This document shows, one piece after another, positions 56,917-64,000 of a stretch of DNA of 64,000 nucleotides. Every line of letters begins with the position of its first letter. The first letter of the stretch is position 1. The notes under the pieces are model-generated. The model was given only the letters and a program-made list of their open reading frames with translations. It did no database searches and was not told the origin of the DNA. Source of the DNA: Alphaproteobacteria bacterium (GTDB lineage: Bacteria > Pseudomonadota > Alphaproteobacteria > UBA828); assembly GCA_965221125.1 (NCBI GenBank), contig CBDCRW010000004.1, forward strand, positions 672,001-736,000, read 5' to 3'. The position numbers and the translations under genes are program-made.

Positions 56917-59375
56917 CCCGGCGCCATCAGCGCGCGCCTGCGTTCCTCGCTCATCGACCACGGCAGCCAAGGCGACGGTTCGTCCGGCGGTCGGCCGCCG
57001 TTTTCAGCGCAGGCTTGAAGCCATGCCTCCAGCCAGCGCCGGACATCGATGCCGTTCGTCGCCAGCGTGGCGATGACGGAGTACATCAGCGCCGTGAACC
57101 GGGCGCCGGTCTCGCTGTCGGAGCCGAACGAGAGCCGTCGTCCGATGACGGGGCCTCTGAGCGCCCTCTCCGCGGCGTTATTGTCCATGGGGACCTGGGG
57201 CTCGCTGACGAAGACGCTCAGCCCACTGCGATGGTTGAGCAGCGAGCGCAGCGCCTTGGTCTCGCGCGCTCCGGCCGGCAAGGCGCCGAGTTCCTGCTGG
57301 GCGTCCGCGAACAGGCGCTCGACCTCCGCTTCCAACGCGGCCTGCGCGACGGCATACGCCGGCGTCTGGGGTTCGAGAGCGGGGTCGTAATGTGCCAGCC
57401 TCGCCTCGTTCAGCTTGTAGATCGACGCGATGCGTTCGATCCATTTCTGGCACCAGTGGGTCAGCCGCGCCTGACCGGCCGCGCCGTGGATGAAGTCGCG
57501 GCGCTGATGCGCCCAGCACCAACAGAGAATCACCGCACCGTCGAGTTCGCGCGCCATCGTCTTGTAGGTCGAGAGGCGGTCGCAGACGAGGAACAGGGTG
57601 CACGCGGTGGCGCCGAACAAGCGGTGGGCGACCTTGGCGCTACGCGAGGGGTCGATGTGGAAGTAGACCGCGTCGTCGCTCACCGAGGTCCACAGCCAGG
57701 CGCGGCTGGTGCGGTCCGCCTCGCTCAGGGACTGGACGCGCCAGCCGGTCTCGTCGCCATGGCGCACCGCCGCCGCGTTCTGGTGCGCGCGGATCGCCTG
57801 GTCGAATGGCTCGAACAGCGGCAGGAAGCGCGGCACGCTGTCGGCCAGCGTCCCGACGGAGATCGGCAACCCCTGGTCCGACATCCATGCGGAGACCCTG
57901 TGCAGCGGCCGCAGGCAGGCGTAGCGCTCGAACAGAACGCTCGCCCACACGCTGGTTCCGTAGGGCGTCCTGGGGAACAGTCTCGGCACCGGGGGAGCCG
58001 ACACCTCCAGAGGCGACGACGCACAGCCGCAACTCCGGCGCCATCGGGGACGCACGATCCTGCGGGTGTGGGCCTTGACGGCGATCTCGATGATGGTGGA
58101 GGAGCGCTCGCCGTTCATCACGTAGGGCTTCCCGCAACAGGAACACATGCGAGCATTCCTCGGCGGGTTGCGTTCTTCCTTCTTCTCCTCAAGCGCGGGC
58201 CGCTGCGTGCGTCCGTGGCCGGGAGCGCCGGGCTGCTGGCCGCGCTTGCGCTCCGAGCGCGGCTTCTTCTGCTGTTCGCTCCTGCTGCCGAAGAGGGCCT
58301 TCTGCAGTACGGCCGCGCTCGCACGGAGCCTGGCATACTGCATTTCCAGCTTCTCGATCCGGCTCTGTGATGCCTTCGCGTTCTTGCGCAGCCGGCGGAG
58401 CCCCTTCAAGAGCGCCCTGATCGTATTCTTCTGACGCCGCGATCTTCTGAGCGCCACACGCAGCTCGGTGGTCCGGTTGGACACGGCCCTGCGCAGTTGG
58501 CGGATCTCTCTCGACTGCGACCTGATCGTCTGCTTCTGGCGCCATGATCTCCAGAGCGCCGCACGCAACTGAGGGCCTGCGATGGGCCCGGGAAGCGTTT
58601 TCTTCTCCGCGAGAAGCTTGGCGAACTTGGCCTTCATGGCCGCCTTCCCGGCCTCGGCCACGTCCAGCGCGAACCGCAGCCCGGACACCTCGTCCGAGAG
58701 CGACCGAACCCTGTCCGATTGATCGCGCAGCCGTCTCAGCGTCGCGCGCAGCTCAATGTCCCGGTCGAACTGTTGGCGTATCGTCGCCTTGTGCCTCTCC
58801 GTCGCCTGTTCCTCGCGGACCAGCCGCTTGCTCAAACGGTCGACCTCCCTGTTGAGCCGGGTCACCTCCTTGCGCAGCTCGCCGCGTTCCGTGCGCAAGG
58901 CGTCGATCGTGGCCTTCCGGTGCTCCATCGGCCCCGGGGCCACACGCAGCCCGCGGCTCTCCTTGTCGACCTTTGTGATCGGCCGGGGCCTGGACGTCTC
59001 GATGCCGGCTTCGGAAAGCAGCTTCTCCAGGCGCGTGACTTCCGCTTGCAGGGAAAGAGCGTTCTTCGCCGTGCGGCGGACGCTCTCCGTCTCCTCGCGG
59101 GCAGCCTTCAACTTGGCCCGGTTCGAGTCGGCCTGCCACTTCAGGGAACCCACCTTGGCGCGGGCGTCCACCTCCGCTCGGCGCAACTCTTCGCAGCACG
59201 CTTCGGCCGTGTCCGCTCGCGAGCGCTCCCGTTCCGCGCGGGCATGTTCCTGCTCGTACAGGGACCGCCAGTCACGTGCCTCGCGTGTCAGGGCCGATGC
59301 GGAGGACGACAAGATCCCGTCGTCCCCCTCGATCAGCGCCAGGTCTGCCCCGAAATCCTCGTCACGGCTCGCCAT
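56913..59375 (-). CDS. IS66-family transposase (TnpC) with extended N-terminal coiled coil
   Basis: LFGSRSEQ, GQQPGAPGH, CSCCG, HGDETGW, VCDR, CWAHQRRDF, DNNAAERALR. Confidence 0.92.
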   Translation of the reverse strand: MASRDEDFGADLALIEGDDGILSSSASALTREARDWRSLYEQEHARAERERSRADTAEACCEELRRAEVDARAKVGSLKWQADSNRAKLKAAREETESVRRTAKNALSLQAEVTRLEKLLSEAGIETSRPRPITKVDKESRGLRVAPGPMEHRKATIDALRTERGELRKEVTRLNREVDRLSKRLVREEQATERHKATIRQQFDRDIELRATLRRLRDQSDRVRSLSDEVSGLRFALDVAEAGKAAMKAKFAKLLAEKKTLPGPIAGPQLRAALWRSWRQKQTIRSQSREIRQLRRAVSNRTTELRVALRRSRRQKNTIRALLKGLRRLRKNAKASQSRIEKLEMQYARLRASAAVLQKALFGSRSEQQKKPRSERKRGQQPGAPGHGRTQRPALEEKKEERNPPRNARMCSCCGKPYVMNGERSSTIIEIAVKAHTRRIVRPRWRRSCGCASSPLEVSAPPVPRLFPRTPYGTSVWASVLFERYACLRPLHRVSAWMSDQGLPISVGTLADSVPRFLPLFEPFDQAIRAHQNAAAVRHGDETGWRVQSLSEADRTSRAWLWTSVSDDAVYFHIDPSRSAKVAHRLFGATACTLFLVCDRLSTYKTMARELDGAVILCWCWAHQRRDFIHGAAGQARLTHWCQKWIERIASIYKLNEARLAHYDPALEPQTPAYAVAQAALEAEVERLFADAQQELGALPAGARETKALRSLLNHRSGLSVFVSEPQVPMDNNAAERALRGPVIGRRLSFGSDSETGARFTALMYSVIATLATNGIDVRRWLEAWLQACAENGGRPPDEPSPWLPWSMSEERRRALMAPG

Positions 59376-59781
59376 GCGCGGAAGCTAGCGCATGTCGAAT
59401 CGCGTTACCAGTCCCGAATTGCTACATGTGGTGGTGTGGACGAAGGCAGCCCCAGCATCTGCCCCATAACCCGGTAACCGAACAATTACCCCCGTTGGGT
59501 ACCGAACCTAAAGGTGGAGAGGCGGGCAGGACGACCGGCGCGTCGGGCTCGCGGGAATACGGCTCCACGATGGCCGCCATGCGTATCCCTTATGAGGGGC
59601 CGGCCTTGGGCGAGGGCCTGACCATGATCGGGAAATGGCCTTGCTGCTGTAACGGGTCAGGGTCTGGAAGCGATTCGCCGGGTTGCAGGTGCACGACTTC
59701 CATTGTTCGCAAAGGGCGCCGTAGATTGGATTCTTGCGCTCGCGCGTGGAAGTTCCGTCATTCTTCGAGGGATTCCCTGTC

Positions 59782-61137
59782 ATGACGACTTGCGATTGGA
59801 GCAGAGAAGACTGGTTGGAGGGCATGGTTCGCGCCCTGACCCCCTTAGTGGAAACCGTTTCCGCGGCGCCTTATGGCGTCGATCCCATTCCAAATGCGCG
59901 TTACCGGCAATTGGCGGAACTGGCGACGACCGATGAACGTGCAAGAGCGTATTTTGATCAACTACGTCCCAAGCTCGATGAGATACCCGGCGATTTGATC
60001 GATCTGGTGTGTCAGCATCCGGTAATGAAGCCCAACATAGGTGGAACCGGCGACGACCTCGCAACATTCATCCGAATGCCGTCCCACGGCAGCCGCTTAC
60101 AGTTGAGTACTCTGGTCTGCTTCTTGACAAAGAATGCCGCGCAGCATGGGTGCCTGGGAGCCGTCCGACACCTCGACCGCTTCCTGATGCTCAGCTCTGA
60201 AGGTCGCGTGCCCGGCTATCAAATTGCCGTTTTCCGCGGGTTGACCATGGCGGGCGAAATCGAGGTCGCACCGGGACTTGAAATCCTCGAATACGGGCGC
60301 GCGGTGGAGCGTGGCCTGGTGCCGAACGAGTCCTTCGGTCCGGCGGACATCACGCCCGACTATGGCGGCATGGGCGCACTGGTCTTGGCCCGCCAGATGA
60401 CGTGGGGTCCATGCATTGTGCCTCCGCCGACGTCCAAAGACCTTTTCAGAGACGAATTCGAAGGAGCGGCACCTACGTTTCGATGGAGCCCTGGACGCAG
60501 TACAGGCATCGTCTTCGACCTTCTTTCGGTATGTGCTTCTCACACCGTTGAGCCGCTCCGGATATCGTACAGCGCTCCGGAGTTCATCGACGTGTATCCC
60601 GGGCTGGTTTCGGGATCCGGCTCCGGCTTCTCCCATGGAGAGCGATGGTCGAAGCAAGACCTTACCGAGGACCAAGTCCGCCAACTTCGGGAGCTGCTGC
60701 ACCTGTGGGAGAATTTCAGTGCGGCCAAGCACGAAATCCTGGAGTTGGCGGTCAGTCGCCTGTTGTCGGCCACGGGAAGAAATCGGGGCCGGTTTTGGGT
60801 GCCGGATCGTATTCTCGACGCGGCGATCGCCCTTGAAATCATGTACGAATTGAATCCGCCCGAGCTGGCCAACAAACTGGCGACTCGAGCGGCGCACCTG
60901 CTTGCGAAGGAAACGGACGAGCGAATCGAAATATTCGATCGGGTAACCATGTTCTACGAGGCGCGGTCGAAAATCGCGCATGGCGACACCGGCAAACGTC
61001 AAAAGAAGAAAAAGAAGGAGACGATTGATTTCAAGCACGCCGCCGACTCGGGTTTTGCGCTGGCATCCGAGACCCTGCGTGCATTGCTCGACAGAGGTGA
61101 ATTCCCGAATTGGAAAGAATTGGTCTTGTCGCCCTAG
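59782..61137 (+). CDS. ApeA-like HEPN domain protein, paralogue of 28435-29904
   Basis: RILDAAIALEIMY..RAAHLL..FYEARSKIAHG. Confidence 0.78.
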   Translation: MTTCDWSREDWLEGMVRALTPLVETVSAAPYGVDPIPNARYRQLAELATTDERARAYFDQLRPKLDEIPGDLIDLVCQHPVMKPNIGGTGDDLATFIRMPSHGSRLQLSTLVCFLTKNAAQHGCLGAVRHLDRFLMLSSEGRVPGYQIAVFRGLTMAGEIEVAPGLEILEYGRAVERGLVPNESFGPADITPDYGGMGALVLARQMTWGPCIVPPPTSKDLFRDEFEGAAPTFRWSPGRSTGIVFDLLSVCASHTVEPLRISYSAPEFIDVYPGLVSGSGSGFSHGERWSKQDLTEDQVRQLRELLHLWENFSAAKHEILELAVSRLLSATGRNRGRFWVPDRILDAAIALEIMYELNPPELANKLATRAAHLLAKETDERIEIFDRVTMFYEARSKIAHGDTGKRQKKKKKETIDFKHAADSGFALASETLRALLDRGEFPNWKELVLSP

Positions 61138-61264
61138 CGGATCGTCGGAATAGCTGTCCAGCCGGTTCACTCTCCGTTAGGGAACTACAGATGATCGGAG
61201 TAACACGGTGGTGAGCACGTTCGGCCACTGGTGTCCGCAGTGGGCGACAGAAGAATGCGGCTGA

Positions 61265-63370
61265 TCAGAGGCTGGCAGGGGACTGGATGCCGGAGCCGGC
61301 CTGTTGGCCGGTACCATTGCCGTCACCGACAACGGCGGGAGCGCCCGAGTTGGCGGTGTCGGTATCGACCGGCATGTCCTCGGGCTTCACCAGGCCGTTC
61401 ACGACCTGGAGCGTCCCGTCGCTGCCGACCGTGACGATGCAGCCGGCGATGGCGATATCCTCGGGTTTGAAGATCGCGCGGGCCTTGATGGCATCCTGGA
61501 TCTGCTCGAGGCGCGGCTCGATGGTCTCGGCCTCCTCGATCAGCTCGTCGGTCCAGGCGTCCTCGTCCATGTTGACGAGCTCGTCGTGGCGGGTATGCAG
61601 CCGCTCGATCTCGGCCTTTTCCTCGTCGGTGGGCTCGGCCGGGGTGGGATGCACGCGCCCGAAGCGGGCGAGGTCGGACCATTCGACGTCGAGCCTGGCC
61701 TCGGCCCACTTCCAGCGGGTGGCGAGCTCATCCGCCGCCACCTTGAGCCGGTCCATGGCGAGCTGCATCAACAGCGCGGGGTCCTCCAGCCAGACGCCAT
61801 TCTCGTACTCGTCGGCGAAGAGGTCGCGCAGCACCGGACCCCCCGCCGCCTCGTAGGCGTCGATGCCGACATAGCGGGCGAGCATGGCGCCGGCGGGGAT
61901 GCGGTCCTCGGTGAGCATACGCTTGATCTGCCAGCCGGTGGGCCGGTAGCCCTGGTCCTTGACCTGTTCCCATACGGCCACCTGGCGCACGGTGTCGGTG
62001 GTGACGGCGAAGGCCTTCAGGGTCTCCAGGTCGATGGCGTTCTCCCGGTAGGCGTCCAGCAGCTCGGGCGCGGCGTGGCCGAGGCGCAGGCGCTGCTCGA
62101 CGATGCGCTCGGAGACGCCGAAGCGGGCGGCGATGTCGGCGACGGTGGCGCCGGCGAGCGCGAGCGCGCCGAAGGCCTGCACCTGATCGGCCGGGTGCAT
62201 TGCGACGCGCACCACGTTCTCGGCGAGCGAGATCTCGCCGTCGGCGGCGCCGTTGTCGACGATGCGGCAGGGGACGGGATGGTTGGGCTCGCGGCGCACG
62301 CAGGAGCCGACGAGGAACTCGCCCACCTCGCGCCTCAGCCGCATGGCGTAGGAAACGATGGAGCCGAGGTTGACGTCGTCGGCCATGCGGTAGAGCGAGC
62401 CGCAGAGGGCGATCAGCGCGCTCGCGTTCTCGGGCACGGCCGCGTTCTCGGGATCGTCGATGACGGCCCTGGGGTGGGGCAGCTCCCGCCAGACCTTGAG
62501 GAAGGCGGAGAACTCCACCGCCGCGGCCTCGCCGACGGTGCCCCGGAACAGCGCCCGCTCGACGGACGGATCGAGCCCGTTCCGGTGCTTGAGGATGTTG
62601 GAAACGAAGTGCCAGGTGCGGGGACAGGGAAACGCTGCCTCGCGCGACTGGGGATCGAACACATGCAGAAGCTCCGGGCGGAGCTGGATGAAGAAAAGAG
62701 TCTCCGGGGCGATTCCGTTGGCGGCTCCCCATTCGCACCAGTCCGAGGCGTCGACCTTGATCTCGAGGTGGACGAAGCGCGAGGCCAGGGGCGTCGGCAT
62801 GCGGTGAGTGACGCCGCGATCGCTCTCGCGGTTGCCGCAGGCGACCAGCGAGGCGCCTTCGGGGAGCTCGTACTCGCCGACCCGGCGGTCGAGAACGAGC
62901 TGGTACAACGCGGCCTGGACCATGGGCACCGCGGACGGGAGCTCCTCGAGGTTGATGAGGAACCGTTCGTCGGAGTGCGAGGGGGGCAGGAACGACGGGG
63001 GCGCCCAGTGGGTGCGCTGGTCGAGCAGCTCGGCGACCGCCTGGTAGCGCCGGACGATGGCGGGCACGTCGGTGGCGATGCCCTCGTCGCGGCACTGCTG
63101 CAGGATGACCTCGACCAGCATGCGCTCCAGCACGTTCATCGAGCGCCAGGGGATGCCGCGCAGATCCACGGTGTCGAGCAGCAGCGCGCGCACGTCGATG
63201 TAGATGCACCGGAGAGCCGCGGCGACTTGGCTGACGATGTCGCTCTTGGCGGAGCCGGGCGGCCCCCAGACCATGACCGGCTGCCTGGCTTCGACAAGGA
63301 TCTTGAGGGTGGCGGCGAGCTCGCTGGGGCGTAGCGTGTAGTCGGCGGAGATGGTCTGAGGCAAGGTCAT
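61265..63370 (-). CDS. In-frame chimera: MoxR-type ATPase (paralogue 3) fused to a truncated ParB-like protein
   Basis: MTLPQTISADY..GSCVRREP joined near 62284 to NHPVPCRIV..EISLAENVVRVAMHPADQ..IAARFGVSERIVEQRLRLG. Confidence 0.8.
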   Translation of the reverse strand: MTLPQTISADYTLRPSELAATLKILVEARQPVMVWGPPGSAKSDIVSQVAAALRCIYIDVRALLLDTVDLRGIPWRSMNVLERMLVEVILQQCRDEGIATDVPAIVRRYQAVAELLDQRTHWAPPSFLPPSHSDERFLINLEELPSAVPMVQAALYQLVLDRRVGEYELPEGASLVACGNRESDRGVTHRMPTPLASRFVHLEIKVDASDWCEWGAANGIAPETLFFIQLRPELLHVFDPQSREAAFPCPRTWHFVSNILKHRNGLDPSVERALFRGTVGEAAAVEFSAFLKVWRELPHPRAVIDDPENAAVPENASALIALCGSLYRMADDVNLGSIVSYAMRLRREVGEFLVGSCVRREPNHPVPCRIVDNGAADGEISLAENVVRVAMHPADQVQAFGALALAGATVADIAARFGVSERIVEQRLRLGHAAPELLDAYRENAIDLETLKAFAVTTDTVRQVAVWEQVKDQGYRPTGWQIKRMLTEDRIPAGAMLARYVGIDAYEAAGGPVLRDLFADEYENGVWLEDPALLMQLAMDRLKVAADELATRWKWAEARLDVEWSDLARFGRVHPTPAEPTDEEKAEIERLHTRHDELVNMDEDAWTDELIEEAETIEPRLEQIQDAIKARAIFKPEDIAIAGCIVTVGSDGTLQVVNGLVKPEDMPVDTDTANSGAPAVVGDGNGTGQQAGSGIQSPASL

Positions 63371-63521
63371 GGGCATGCTCCGGATGGCGGATGGACGGCG
63401 CGGGTCACGCCCTCCGGGCGCCCGGCCTTCGCCCTGCCGGCAGCGCCGCTCCACTCGTCGTGTCCGGAGGCAGGGGGCGGAAGCCTGCCGCCGGGTGGCG
63501 GCGGGGTGCGCGGTGCCGAAA

Positions 63522-64000
63522 TCAGGCGCAGTCAAGGCCGGTCGGGTCGTCGCAACGGATGGCGGCCGGGGACACGCCGGTCAGTTCCGGCAGGGGGATG
63601 CGGGAAGGCGACAGGGTGTGACGGATGCGGCGCTCAAGCTCCACGTAGGTGCGGTAGAGCGCCGGGCGGAGCTCGGCCGCGCGGCGAAGGTCGGCGCGGG
63701 ACGCCAGGATGCAGAAGCTGCAGCTCAGCCTCGACATGCCGGCGGCATAGGCCCAGTGCGGCGACTGGCCGGCGGTGCGAATGACGCGGAAGACGTCCTC
63801 GGTCGAAAGATCGAAGACGGGCAGCCAATCGAAAACTTCGCGGCCCGCCACGCTCATCCGGTCGTTGCGCTGCCACGGCGCCTTCCTGGCGCGCGCCGGG
63901 CTTTCCTCCGCGCGCATGCCCATGGCATTGACGAGGCGGCCGCCGAAGCGCGGATGGGCCTTGAGCCAGCGTCGCAGCTCGCGCTGGATCGGTCCGGATT
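63522..64000 (-). CDS. PAPS-reductase-family protein, 3' part (runs off the window)
   Basis: GMRAEESPARAR, DWLPVFD, HWAY..GMSRLSCSFC. Confidence 0.85.
   Translation of the reverse strand, partial: SGPIQRELRRWLKAHPRFGGRLVNAMGMRAEESPARARKAPWQRNDRMSVAGREVFDWLPVFDLSTEDVFRVIRTAGQSPHWAYAAGMSRLSCSFCILASRADLRRAAELRPALYRTYVELERRIRHTLSPSRIPLPELTGVSPAAIRCDDPTGLDCA

Larger units (their letters stand above)
55997..59489 (-). mobile_element. IS66-like element with DUF4338 passenger gene
   Basis: TIRs GTAATTGTTCGGTTACCGGGT vs GTTTTCGTTCGGTCACCGGGT (17/21); 8-bp TSD CCCCGTTG at 55989-55996 and 59490-59497. Confidence 0.92.

Overview
High-GC accessory region, probably alphaproteobacterial (inferred from the tRNA-fMet fragment and gene style), with no housekeeping genes. 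It looks like a tandem array of integrative elements at the 3' half of a tRNA-fMet: two 49-bp att copies (32415-32463, 55799-55847), each next to a tyrosine integrase and 11-bp-periodic arm-type repeats. Two apparently identical, inverted copies of a 4.6-kb TG..CA transposon (1-4580 and 44887-49507) encode a Zn-binding protein, a Mu/TnsB-like DDE transposase, an ExeA/TnsC-like ATPase and a RepA-like AAA_25 helicase with a winged helix. They bracket a 40.3-kb inversion: a 5-bp target duplication is split between the copies, and the halves of a DUF4326-SLOG gene lie 45 kb apart yet rejoin in frame. Other mobile DNA: IS1380, IS256, an IS66-like element carrying DUF4338, an IS66 relic, and a 1.4-kb transposase-less cassette (25-bp TIRs, 8-bp TSD) that carries an AbiEii-like pair and sits inside a yafQ toxin gene. 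Cargo: MobF relaxase, a broken coupling protein, three paralogous MoxR-type ATPases (one complete PAPS reductase-MoxR-DUF3150-VWA module), and many defence/TA candidates (Septu-like ATPase+HNH, Mrr-NDT fusion, three HEPN-like proteins, Fic, trypsin-like protease, DUF4160/DUF2442). All family calls come from motifs recognised by eye, not from database searches.
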